In this document: positions 1 to 8,512 of the stretch, one piece after another
Numbering within the stretch: position 1 is the first letter of the stretch
Layout: every line of letters starts with the position of its first letter
Source: an uncultured Spirochaetota bacterium
Lineage (GTDB): Bacteria; Spirochaetota; Spirochaetia; SZUA-6; Fen-1364
Assembly (NCBI GenBank): GCA_963845535.1
Contig: CAWJSK010000015.1
Location: forward strand, 192,001 to 256,000
Reading direction: 5' to 3'
Length of the DNA stretch: 64,000 nucleotides
Notes under the pieces: model-generated
Databases searched by the model: none
What the model was told of the DNA's origin: nothing
What the model saw: the letters and a program-made list of their open reading frames with translations, nothing else
Program-made: the position numbers and the translations under genes

Positions 1-1
1 G

Positions 2-523
2 GCCTCTTTCCATACGCAGGACAAATGGAAGAACCTGACCAGGGATGACCTCATGCAGGGCGGCCCCGGGAAGTTCTTCTCCCAGGTCATGTTCTCCGGC
101 TCCCATCAGCTCTCCCTGGCCAACCTTCTCCTGGGCAAGGTCGACATCTCCGCGGTTGATGACATTGACGTGGCGAGCTACCTGGACCTGACCTCCGGCA
201 CGGAAAACCAGGAGGGCGCTGTCTACACGATCAAGAAGGGCGCAGAGGCCCCTTTTGACACGCTGGGCGGCGCGCAGTTCGTCATCATCAAGACGATCCC
301 CGTTCAGAACACGCCGTTCGAGGTTAACGACTCCTTCCTGGACAAGGCCACCCTGGACAAGATCACGCAGGCCCTTGTCTCAGACAAGGTCACCAATGAC
401 CCCATGGTGTTCCAGCCCAAGGGCGGTTCCGGCGCCGCGTTGTTCAGCCAGCCTCATCGCTTTGTGAAAGTTGATGACTCCTGGTACGACCCGATGCGCA
501 AGGTGCTCGGCCTTCAGGAGTAG
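2..523 (+). CDS. phnD: Phosphonate ABC transporter substrate-binding protein, 5'-truncated by window edge
   Basis: Frame is open from position 2. 'FSGSHQLSLANLLLGKVDISA' and C-terminal 'VDDSWYDPMR' are PhnD-like. Followed by phnC/phnE/phnE. Confidence 0.8.
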   Translation, partial: ASFHTQDKWKNLTRDDLMQGGPGKFFSQVMFSGSHQLSLANLLLGKVDISAVDDIDVASYLDLTSGTENQEGAVYTIKKGAEAPFDTLGGAQFVIIKTIPVQNTPFEVNDSFLDKATLDKITQALVSDKVTNDPMVFQPKGGSGAALFSQPHRFVKVDDSWYDPMRKVLGLQE

Positions 524-530
524 TTCTTTC

Positions 531-563
531 CGCATGGGGCGTCGGCCTTTCGACGTCCCATGC
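531..563 (+). terminator. Intergenic stem-loop after phnD (likely mRNA-stabilising or partial terminator)
   Basis: Imperfect inverted repeat gcatggggcgtcg...cgacgtcccatgc between the binding-protein and ATPase genes. Confidence 0.45.
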
Positions 564-588
564 CATGTTTTCCGAAGGGAGGTCCCTC

Positions 589-1362
589 ATGGCGCTTCTG
601 GAGCTCAGGAACGTCTCCAAGTGTTACAACGCCTCGACGCAAGCGCTGACTGACGTGAGCTTTTCCGTGGACGAAGGCGAGTTCGTTTCCATCATCGGTT
701 CGTCAGGGTCCGGGAAAACGACGCTGTTGCGTTGTATCAATCGGATGATCGAGCCAACGGGGGGAGAGATATCCTTCGCCGGGGTCAGCGTCTCCCGGCT
801 GCGCCGGCGCGAGCTGCGCCGCCTCAGGACCCGCATCGGCATGATCTTCCAGCATCACAACCTCGTGGAGCGCCTGAGCGTGATCGAGAACGTGCTCCAT
901 GGGAGGCTGGGCTACAAGTCCACGATCTCCGGCATGCTGGGACATTATACGCATGAGGAGAAGCAGAGGGCTTTCGAGATCATCGGGATCCTCGGCCTGG
1001 ATGAGCAGGTGTACCAGCGCTGCGACCAGCTGAGCGGAGGGCAGAAACAGCGGGTCGGGATTGCCAGGGCCCTGGTTCAGAATCCGAAAATGATCCTCTG
1101 CGATGAGCCCATTGCGTCTCTGGATCCGGGGACCTCACGGATCATCATGGATTACCTCAGCGACATCTGCAAACAGATGGGCATCACCCTGGTCATCAGC
1201 CTGCATCAGGTGGACGTGGCGCTGCGGTATTCCCACCGGGTGATCGGCTTCAACAAGGGCGCCATCCTTTACAACGGATCACCAGCCGGGCTCACGCGGC
1301 AGCGGATTGCCGAGATCTACGGGTCCGAGCCGGCGGAGATGGCCGCCAGACAGGCGGGGTAG
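589..1362 (+). CDS. phnC: Phosphonate ABC transporter ATP-binding protein
   Basis: Walker A GSSGSGKT, LSGGQKQRVGIARAL, DEPIASLDP and the 'ENVLHGRLG' PhnC signature. ATG 589 follows GGAGG. Confidence 0.9.
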   Translation: MALLELRNVSKCYNASTQALTDVSFSVDEGEFVSIIGSSGSGKTTLLRCINRMIEPTGGEISFAGVSVSRLRRRELRRLRTRIGMIFQHHNLVERLSVIENVLHGRLGYKSTISGMLGHYTHEEKQRAFEIIGILGLDEQVYQRCDQLSGGQKQRVGIARALVQNPKMILCDEPIASLDPGTSRIIMDYLSDICKQMGITLVISLHQVDVALRYSHRVIGFNKGAILYNGSPAGLTRQRIAEIYGSEPAEMAARQAG

Positions 1363-1373
1363 ACCCGTCCCCC

Positions 1374-2159
1374 ATGCAGGTCGACATATTCATCAAACGC
1401 AGGGACAACGCCCTGCTCCTGTTCGGCCTGCTTGCCGCCGTGACCATCGGCTCGGTCGTGCTGACCCGGTACGACCTGCTCAAGGGGTTCACGAGCTTTG
1501 TCAAGGCGTTCACCTGGGGAGTCTCCAGTTTCTACCCGGATGGGAGATCGTTCAAGAGACTTCCGGACATCCTCGACAAGTTGTGGGACACGGTGCTGAT
1601 CTCGATCGCCTCCACCATGGTTGCCGCCGTCTTTGCCCTCCTCCTGGCGCTCGCCGGGTCACGGACAACGCGCGTCCATGTCTTCTTCACCGTCCTTGCC
1701 AGGGGGATCGGGTCGTTCTTCCGCAACATGCCCCTGGTTGCGTGGGCCATGGTTTTGATGCTGGCTTTCAGCCAGAGCGCTTTGACAGGCTTTCTGGCGC
1801 TGTTCTTCGGCTCCGTGGGCTTCCTGACCCGCGCTTTCATGGAAACGATCGATGAGGTGGGGCAGGGGGTCGTGGATGCCCTGAAAGCCACGGGCGCGGC
1901 CCGGCCCCATATCACGACCCAGGCCGTCCTGCCCTCCAGCATGCCCCAGATGGTGAGCTGGCTGCTGTTCATGATCGAGACGAACATCCGTGATGCAACG
2001 CTCGTGGGGTTCCTCACCGGCACGGGAATCGGGTTCATGTTCGACGTCTACTACAAATCCTTCAACTACCACGCGGCAAGCCTCATCGTGATTGTCACCG
2101 TGATAACCGTCGTTGCCATGGAAGCAATATCGAACGGCGTGCGAAGGGTGATCCTGTAG
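1374..2159 (+). CDS. phnE: Phosphonate ABC transporter permease
   Basis: Hydrophobic; EAA-like loop 'VDALKATGA' and 'ETNIRDATLVG..TGTGIG' PhnE motif. Confidence 0.88.
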   Translation: MQVDIFIKRRDNALLLFGLLAAVTIGSVVLTRYDLLKGFTSFVKAFTWGVSSFYPDGRSFKRLPDILDKLWDTVLISIASTMVAAVFALLLALAGSRTTRVHVFFTVLARGIGSFFRNMPLVAWAMVLMLAFSQSALTGFLALFFGSVGFLTRAFMETIDEVGQGVVDALKATGAARPHITTQAVLPSSMPQMVSWLLFMIETNIRDATLVGFLTGTGIGFMFDVYYKSFNYHAASLIVIVTVITVVAMEAISNGVRRVIL

Positions 2160-3007
2160 TGGATTTCGAAGGACCGCTCAAATCATTACAGAGGCCTCTG
2201 GCCGCCCGGGGAACAGCTCCAAGGCCCGACCCGCGCGCCAAGAGGGTCATGTGGATCACGCTGGGTGTGCTGGCAGCCGTGACGATCTATGGCCTGGTGA
2301 CTCTGAGCAGCGGCGGCGTCAACGTCCTGCAAGCCACCGGTGATACGCTGCGAAACTTCAGGACGATCTTCTTCCACCCGCACGCGCACCGGCTCACCGT
2401 TGGGGACGCGTTCATCGAAATCGTCATGACTCTTGGCCTTGCCGTTCTCAGCACTATTCTCGGGGCGTTCGTGGCCCTTGTCCTCGGACTTCTCGGCGCA
2501 CAGAACCTCGCGCCCAAGGGGGTCACGAACCTCGTCAAAGGCATCGTCGCCTTCGTTCGCGCGGTCCCGACCATTCTCTGGGTCCTCATCTTTGCCGTCG
2601 CCGCCGGACTGGGCAGCACCGCGGCGGTCATTGGCCTGTCCTTCCATACGGTGGGGTACCTGACGAAGGCCTACTCCGAGTGCTTTGAAGACCTGGACCG
2701 GGGCGTCATCGAGGCCCTGAAAGCCACGGGCGCCGGGTGGTGGCAGATCGTCTTCCAGGCAGTCATACCCTCCTCCGCAACATATCTGCTGTCCTGGACT
2801 TTCCTGCGGTTCGAGATAAACTTCGCCAACGCCGTTGCCATGGGGGCCGCGGCTGGGGCGGCCGGAATCGGCTTCGACCTTTTCATGGCCAGCGGGTTCT
2901 ATTTCGATCTTCGCGAGGTGGGCTTGATCACGTATTTCATTCTTGCAACCGCAGTCGTTCTGGAAGTGTTGGCCACGCGGATGAAGACAAAGCTCAAGGA
3001 GAGGTGA
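2159..3007 (+). CDS. phnE: Phosphonate ABC transporter permease, second copy
   Basis: 'RAVPTILW', 'IEALKATGA', 'RFEINF...MGAAAGAAGIG'. GTG start overlaps the upstream TAG. Confidence 0.88.
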   Translation: MDFEGPLKSLQRPLAARGTAPRPDPRAKRVMWITLGVLAAVTIYGLVTLSSGGVNVLQATGDTLRNFRTIFFHPHAHRLTVGDAFIEIVMTLGLAVLSTILGAFVALVLGLLGAQNLAPKGVTNLVKGIVAFVRAVPTILWVLIFAVAAGLGSTAAVIGLSFHTVGYLTKAYSECFEDLDRGVIEALKATGAGWWQIVFQAVIPSSATYLLSWTFLRFEINFANAVAMGAAAGAAGIGFDLFMASGFYFDLREVGLITYFILATAVVLEVLATRMKTKLKER

Positions 3008-3037
3008 GGATGCGGAAAGCGTGATCCTCGGACACAA

Positions 3038-3336
3038 ATGACGACGCTGCCCGAGCTTGACATAAGGGCCGGTGACGCCGAGCTGGCCATCCAGATCATG
3101 CGGGAAGAAATCTTTCGACACGAATGGTGGGGTACGCAGTGAGCGAAAGCAAGAAGAAGCTGATCGAGTACGTGCGGCTGGACACGGATTTCGCCAATCC
3201 CCGGCTCTGCTCCTTGTATGAAGGCATGGGGTTTGTCAAAGCCGGCCGCAAGCATGGCAATGGAAGAGATTACGCGCTGTACGAGCTCCCGGTGACCGGT
3301 TTCAAGCCGAGCTGGCCAGGCATGAGGGTGATGTAG
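3038..3336 (+). pseudogene. Internally deleted GNAT acetyltransferase remnant
   Basis: N-terminal piece MTTLPELDIRAGDAELAIQIMRE (from 3038) and, in another frame, the C-terminal piece AGRNLSTRMVGYA...VRLDTDFANPRLCSLYEGMGF (GNAT motif B). The central part is missing. Confidence 0.6.
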
Positions 3337-3340
3337 GCGC

Positions 3341-3790
3341 ATGGACGTTGGCATCCGCAAGGCCGCTGAAAACGACCTTGAGCAGATCCTGGCGATCTAC
3401 CGAGACGCGGGAATCGAGACGCACGGGCGACAGTCCCTGGAGAGCGCCCGGGGGGCGTTCCGGAGAATGGCCTCCTACCCCAGCTACTCGGTGTATGTTG
3501 CGGAGGTGGACGGCAGCGTCGAGGGGACATTTGCCCTTCTCATCATGGACAACCTTGCCAATGGCGGACTCCCCTCCGGCATAGTGGAGGACGTGGCTGT
3601 GCTGCCCTCCTCGCAGGGAAAAGGGATCGGGAAGGCGATGATGCAAAGCGCCATTGGCATTTGCAGGGATTTCAAATGCTACAAGATGGCGCTATCCAGC
3701 AATACGGCGAGGTCCGGCGCGCACAGGTTCTACGAGTCTCTCGGTTTTGTCCGGCATGGGTTCAGCTACCGGGTCGATATCTCCCCGTGA
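3341..3790 (+). CDS. GNAT family N-acetyltransferase (PhnO-like features)
   Basis: Acetyl-CoA motif 'VAVLPSSQGKGIG' and 'LSSNTARSGAHRFYESLGF'. Confidence 0.85.
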   Translation: MDVGIRKAAENDLEQILAIYRDAGIETHGRQSLESARGAFRRMASYPSYSVYVAEVDGSVEGTFALLIMDNLANGGLPSGIVEDVAVLPSSQGKGIGKAMMQSAIGICRDFKCYKMALSSNTARSGAHRFYESLGFVRHGFSYRVDISP

Positions 3791-3940
3791 GACTCTGTTC
3801 CATCGGTTGTTCCTGGAACGTTCCATTCCTCCCTGTTGGAATGGGTTTCGTGGAACACCGCTCGCCGCAATTGCCCGATTCCTACCCTTTCACGCTGATT
3901 TTGTCTCCACTTGTCAGCTCCCGAGGGCCCTTTTCCGGAT

Positions 3941-3956
3941 TGGCATGCGGTTTGCA
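3941..3956 (+). promoter_or_regulatory. Sigma-54 (-24/-12) promoter
   Basis: TGGCAT-GCGGT-TTGCA matches TGGCAC-N5-TTGC with exact GG-N10-GC spacing, about 70 bp upstream of ORF 4027. Confidence 0.65.
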
Positions 3957-4026
3957 TTTCAAAACATGACTATTCTCAGCTCTATTCTCGGCCGGCCTTT
4001 TTGCCGGCATCCCATGGGAGGAAACA

Positions 4027-4392
4027 ATGATGACAGGACTGGATAAGGAACATCTGGTGAAGTATCGAAAGAGTATCCAGTCGCTCGTTCCCCACTACGT
4101 CCCGGCAGGGAAGTCCCTTGACGGGCTTCTGGAGGAGCTGGCTGAAAAGTGGAACCCGCTCTTTGATCCCGAGCAGCGGCAGAATCTCGTCGAAGACGTG
4201 AACGCGCTCGTTCGGGACTTCGTTCGACCCCTTCGGCGCAGCTTCCTTCTCACGCCGCCTGATTCGGGCAGAATCCATGGCCTGGCGGAGCAGCTTTCGG
4301 GAAGCAAGAACCTCGGGAAGATCGTGAAGAGAGACAAGCTGATCCATTATCTCGAGCTTTACGTGATCAAATGCCTGGACATGGTGGTGTAG
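4027..4392 (+). CDS. Hypothetical helical protein
   Basis: Strong RBS GGAGG. 'LEELAEKWN...NLVEDVNALVRD...YLELY' resembles, from recollection only, the C-terminal region of conserved spirochete hypothetical proteins. Confidence 0.7.
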   Translation: MMTGLDKEHLVKYRKSIQSLVPHYVPAGKSLDGLLEELAEKWNPLFDPEQRQNLVEDVNALVRDFVRPLRRSFLLTPPDSGRIHGLAEQLSGSKNLGKIVKRDKLIHYLELYVIKCLDMVV

Positions 4393-4414
4393 CCTTGTAG
4401 AGATCGAGCGCGTT

Positions 4415-4440
4415 CGTTTCGAGAGGGCGTTTCGAGAGGG
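4415..4440. repeat. 13-bp perfect tandem duplication
   Basis: cgtttcgagaggg x2. Confidence 0.85.
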
Positions 4441-4506
4441 CTCGGACCATTCGATGTGGTATGCTATTCTCTTGCAAAAGCCCTTTGCCAAGGAGATGCG
4501 TGAAAA

Positions 4507-5436
4507 ATGAGATTCCGGCTTCTTCTCGTCCTCTCTGGCCTCATCACGGCAATCAGTGCCAATGCCGAATTGAAAGTCGGGCTCATGCCCGCGTACAACT
4601 CAATCCCGCTCATCGTGGCGGAGAAGGGGGGATTCTTCGCCGCCGAGCGCGTGCAGGTGGAGCTCGTCCCGTTCTCGAGCCAGCTCAACAGGGAAACCGC
4701 TCTGCAGACCGGCGCCATCGACGGGACCATCTCCGACATGATCAACGCGGTGCAGGCCTGGTCCAAGGGGTTCGGCGCGCGGGTGACCTCGGTCAGTGAA
4801 GGGAGCTTCAGCCTGCTTTCCGCCCCCGGGTCGGCGCTCGTGAGCATGGCGGACCTGCGCCGTCCCGGAGGCCCGGTGAAAACAGGGCTTCTGGAAGACA
4901 GTATTGTCTATTACGTCACGGAGCGCATGCTCGAATCCGCTGGGGCGGACCCCAAACGGATCGAGCTGGTGCCGATTGTAGCGCTTCCCGCCCGGCTCCA
5001 GATGCTCCTTGCGGGGAAGATCGAGGCGGCATGCCTGCCCGAGCCGCTCGCCACCATGGCGGCAGCCCGGGGAGCGCACAGGCTTTCGACCACGGAGGAC
5101 ATGGCGGCCACGCCCGGTGTCATCCTTTTTACAAAGAGGGCGCTTGCGGAAAAGTCCGGTGAGATCTCGGCATTTTATCGCGCATACGACAAGGCTGTCC
5201 AGGAAATTGACTCCAACGGTGAAAAGTACAGGGCTGACATCGTGGCCGGATGCGAGTTTCCTCCCGCGGTGAAGGACCTCATGAGCATCCCGAGGTTCCG
5301 CCGTTCCTTTGCGCCGGCTCCTGCGCAGGTAGCGGACGTTGCCCGGTGGATGAAGGAGAAAGGGCTCGTGCAGGCCGTGCCTCGCTACGAGGAGATCGTT
5401 GCACCGGGTTTCGCCTCGGATGCTGGAGATCACTAG
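4507..5436 (+). CDS. NitT/TauT-family ABC transporter substrate-binding protein
   Basis: Signal peptide; 'PLIVAEKGGFFAAE.V.VELV.F' and 'LLAGKIEAACLPEP'. Confidence 0.85.
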   Translation: MRFRLLLVLSGLITAISANAELKVGLMPAYNSIPLIVAEKGGFFAAERVQVELVPFSSQLNRETALQTGAIDGTISDMINAVQAWSKGFGARVTSVSEGSFSLLSAPGSALVSMADLRRPGGPVKTGLLEDSIVYYVTERMLESAGADPKRIELVPIVALPARLQMLLAGKIEAACLPEPLATMAAARGAHRLSTTEDMAATPGVILFTKRALAEKSGEISAFYRAYDKAVQEIDSNGEKYRADIVAGCEFPPAVKDLMSIPRFRRSFAPAPAQVADVARWMKEKGLVQAVPRYEEIVAPGFASDAGDH

Positions 5437-6160
5437 CTGTTCCGCGGGGTATGACCGGAGGCCCGTGCTGCGGGAGATCTCCCTGTCGGTTTCCCCGGGG
5501 AAGACCGGCTGCATCATCGGGCCAAGCGGCTGCGGAAAAACGACCCTGCTGATGCTGGCCGCTGGGCTCAAGCGCGCCGACGCCGGGTCCGTGCTTCTCG
5601 ACGGACGGCCCGTCACTGCGGGGGACATTCGCGTGAGCCTGATCCTGCAGCAGTACGGCCTTTTCCCATGGTTCACCGTTGCGGAGAACATTGCCGTGGG
5701 GCTTCGCGTGCGGCACGTGAAGGAAAGCGTCCTCCGCGCGGCGGTCTCCCGTCAGCTTTCCCGGCTCGGCCTGGAAGAATGCGCAGGCCGCTACCCCAAC
5801 GAGCTGAGCGGCGGTCAGCAGCAGCGGGTGGCCATTGCCCGAAGCATGGCCCTCACCCCGCGCCTCCTGCTTCTGGATGAGCCGTTTTCCGCTCTGGACG
5901 CCATGACCCGGGAGTCGCTCCAGGAGATCCTGCTGGAAACCCTCGGAGAGAACAGCCTCGTGGCGCTCCTCGTCACTCACAGCATTGAGGAGGCGGTTTA
6001 CCTGGGCGGGACGATATGGCTGCTCGCCGGCAGCCCAGCGCGGATCGAGGCGAGCTTCGACAATCCGGGGCAGGGAACGCCCGAGTTCAGGACGGACGCA
6101 TCTTTCTTCCGTCTGTGCTCGCGGATCAGGCAGCGTATGGAACGCTGCAGGGTGGTCTGA
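5420..6160 (+). CDS. NitT/TauT-family ABC transporter ATP-binding protein
   Basis: GPSGCGKT, 'LFPWFTV', LSGGQQQR, DEPFSALD, 'VTHSIEEAV'. Confidence 0.9.
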   Translation: MLEITSCSAGYDRRPVLREISLSVSPGKTGCIIGPSGCGKTTLLMLAAGLKRADAGSVLLDGRPVTAGDIRVSLILQQYGLFPWFTVAENIAVGLRVRHVKESVLRAAVSRQLSRLGLEECAGRYPNELSGGQQQRVAIARSMALTPRLLLLDEPFSALDAMTRESLQEILLETLGENSLVALLVTHSIEEAVYLGGTIWLLAGSPARIEASFDNPGQGTPEFRTDASFFRLCSRIRQRMERCRVV

Positions 6161-6162
6161 GG

Positions 6163-6906
6163 ATGGGGAAGCGGCTGGCGTTCGGCATCTGCGGGCTCGT
6201 TGTCCTTCTGGCCGCGTGGTGGATCCTGTCGATGTGCCTGCCCCAGGGATTCGTTCCTGATCCGCTGTCGGTCGTCGTGCGGTTCATCGAGCTGTTGCCC
6301 ACGGTGCTGTGGCAGCACGCTCTCGCGAGCCTTGGCAGGGTCGGGGCGGCGCTTGCCGTTTCGCTTCTCTCTGCCGTGCCCGCGGGCGTTGCCCTGGGAC
6401 GCGTGCGCCGGCTCGACTGGCTTTTCTCACCCGTGGCGTACGCGCTGTACCCCGTGCCCAAGATCGCGCTCCTGCCGGTGGTGATGCTGCTTCTTGGCCT
6501 GGGAAACGTGTCGAAGGCTGTGATCGTTTTTGTTGTCCTGTTCTTTCAGGTCCTGATCTCCAGCCGGGATGGAGCGCGGGGGATATCGCCTCAGTACATC
6601 CTGTCCCTCAGGTCCCTCGGGGCCAATCATCTGCAGGCGCTCCGCTACGTTGTGTGGCCGGCGCTTCTTCCGGGACTGCTTTCCTCCCTCCGCGTAGGAA
6701 CAGGCACGGCGCTTGCGGTCTTGTTTTTTGCCGAGACTTTCGGGACCACGCGCGGCCTGGGGTGGTTCGTCATGGAAAGCTGGATGCGGATGTCGTACGT
6801 GGACATGTTTGCCGGGATACTGTGCCTGGGGCTTGTTGGCCTGGGACTTTTCCTGGCAATAGACCTTGCCCAGCGGCGATTGTGCCGCTGGTTGCCGAAG
6901 ACCTGA
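6163..6906 (+). CDS. NitT/TauT-family ABC transporter permease
   Basis: 'YPVPKIALLP' and 'RSLGA...YVVWPALLP' (SsuC/TauC-like). ATG 6163 follows the ATPase stop. Confidence 0.88.
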   Translation: MGKRLAFGICGLVVLLAAWWILSMCLPQGFVPDPLSVVVRFIELLPTVLWQHALASLGRVGAALAVSLLSAVPAGVALGRVRRLDWLFSPVAYALYPVPKIALLPVVMLLLGLGNVSKAVIVFVVLFFQVLISSRDGARGISPQYILSLRSLGANHLQALRYVVWPALLPGLLSSLRVGTGTALAVLFFAETFGTTRGLGWFVMESWMRMSYVDMFAGILCLGLVGLGLFLAIDLAQRRLCRWLPKT

Positions 6907-6921
6907 GCGTCAGACCGCGAG

Positions 6922-7128
6922 CTACCCCAGCGGGTTTCCAGCGTCCTTGCCGTCGACCTTCAAAAGGAGAGAGAGCTTCACTTTCCGGCGCTCAAGTCCC
7001 CTTCCCGTGGGGACGGCGCATACGGCTTCCTCGTGGTTCAGGACGAGGACCGCCATCTCGGGGCCGCCGCTTTTCAATTGAACGATGTCCCCGATCTCGA
7101 ACTGGTCCGACTCGAACTGGTCCGACAT
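6922..7128 (-). CDS. YodC/DUF2158 family small protein
   Basis: 'FEIGDIVQLKSGGPEM' signature; strong RBS GAGGAGGTG; N-terminal SDQFE duplicated. Confidence 0.8.
   Translation of the reverse strand: MSDQFESDQFEIGDIVQLKSGGPEMAVLVLNHEEAVCAVPTGRGLERRKVKLSLLLKVDGKDAGNPLG
7096..7125. repeat. 15-bp perfect tandem duplication in the yodC 5' end
   Basis: ctcgaactggtccga x2, encoding SDQFE twice. Confidence 0.9.
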
Positions 7129-7158
7129 TTTCACCTCCTCACGTAAGGCACCGGACCG

Positions 7159-7200
7159 AAGAAAAAGAACCCTCGGGAGATGGAGGATTCCCGAGGGGTT
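7159..7200 (-). terminator. Rho-independent terminator-like hairpin
   Basis: Minus strand AACCCCTCGGGA-ATCCTCCATC-TCCCGAGGGTT followed by CTTTTTCTT. Confidence 0.7.
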
Positions 7201-7300
7201 GGTGTAGAACACATGCGCAATCCACTTTCCTTGGGATTGAAGGTGTATTCCTTTGGGGGGAAAGTGGTGTCGGTAAATTTCTTACAGGCCGCAGGTCACG

Positions 7301-8512
7301 CTACCGGCTGCCGGAAGACTGGGGAGCGTTTTTCGAGGCTTTCCACTCCCGCGCGTACTCGAAGCTTATGCGGGTGCCCTTCCCCGTTGAGGATTCTATG
7401 AGGACTCTGCCCCCGGCCGCGCGGGCTCTTTCCTTCATGCTGAGCAGTCCGAGGGACATTGGAGAGTCTTCCGTGGCGAATCCCTTGCCGTCGTCCTGCA
7501 CCTCGACGTGCAGTTGCGTGGCGCTGCCCTGGAGGGATACAGTGACGCTGGCAGGCTGCGCATGGCGGGCCGCATTCGTCAGGGCTTCCTGCACAATCCT
7601 GTAGGCGGCAAGCGCAACCTCGAAGGGAAGTCCCGGGAACTCTCCGGTGGCGCTGAAGCGGACTGGGATCTTTGTCCGGGCGCTGAACTCGGTGATCATC
7701 CCATTCACCGCGCCGGTAAGGCCGACCCTGCTCAACTCCGCTGGAGAAAGAGACGCCGACAGAGAGCGGATGGTCTGGAGAATCTTGCGGGCTACGTCGC
7801 TGAGCTGGTCGATCTGCTGGTGGTCCAGCCCGCTGCCGGACTCCCGGGCCTGGTCCAGGATGATGGTGAGATAGGTCAACTGCTGGCCTGCGTCGTCATG
7901 AAGGACTTCCGACACCGTCTCTCGTTCTTTTTCCTGGAGCTTGAGCAAGCCTTCCGCCAGCTGTCGCAACTCCCTTTCTGCGGCGCGCCGCGCCGTGATG
8001 TCGACAAGCGTGACCCGCAGCTCTTCCGTCCCCGGCTCCGCCAGGCAATCGAGCTTTACCCACGTGGGGGCGCGGTTTGCTCCGGCGAGCTGTGCGTCAA
8101 TGGTCCGACGGGCGCCTGAGGATCTGGCGTCTGCTATCACGGAGAGAAACGTGCTGCGCGAACCATGGTCCAGGAATGAGGAGAAACGGCGCGCGCGCAG
8201 GAGGGGCCGGGCAGTCCCGAGTATTTTCTCGGCAGTGCGGTTGACCTGGGTGATCAGGCCATAACCGTTCAGCGTCACATACCCTACGGGCGCGCCATCG
8301 TAGAGCGACAGGTAGCGGTCCCGCATCTTCTCGATCTCCGCTTCGGCGCGTCGCAATTCCTCCACCTGCAGCTCCAGCTCGACCTGGTGAACCTCCAGCT
8401 CATGGAGAAGCTCTTCGGGGGCCGCCGGGCTGGCTGGAGAAGCCTTGTCAGCAAGGATCCGCTCGGCGCGGTTGCGGAGCGCCCTTTTGCCGCCCGCTCT
8501 TTTCGGTTTCAC
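7301..8512 (-). CDS. PAS-domain sensor histidine kinase (HisKA_3/NarX type)
   Basis: Coiled coil 'HELEVHQVELE', PAS, 'EVLHDDAGQ' H-box, 'QEALTNAARHA', 'DDGKGF', 'GLLSMKERA'. Confidence 0.9.
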   Translation of the reverse strand: MKPKRAGGKRALRNRAERILADKASPASPAAPEELLHELEVHQVELELQVEELRRAEAEIEKMRDRYLSLYDGAPVGYVTLNGYGLITQVNRTAEKILGTARPLLRARRFSSFLDHGSRSTFLSVIADARSSGARRTIDAQLAGANRAPTWVKLDCLAEPGTEELRVTLVDITARRAAERELRQLAEGLLKLQEKERETVSEVLHDDAGQQLTYLTIILDQARESGSGLDHQQIDQLSDVARKILQTIRSLSASLSPAELSRVGLTGAVNGMITEFSARTKIPVRFSATGEFPGLPFEVALAAYRIVQEALTNAARHAQPASVTVSLQGSATQLHVEVQDDGKGFATEDSPMSLGLLSMKERARAAGGRVLIESSTGKGTRISFEYAREWKASKNAPQSSGSR

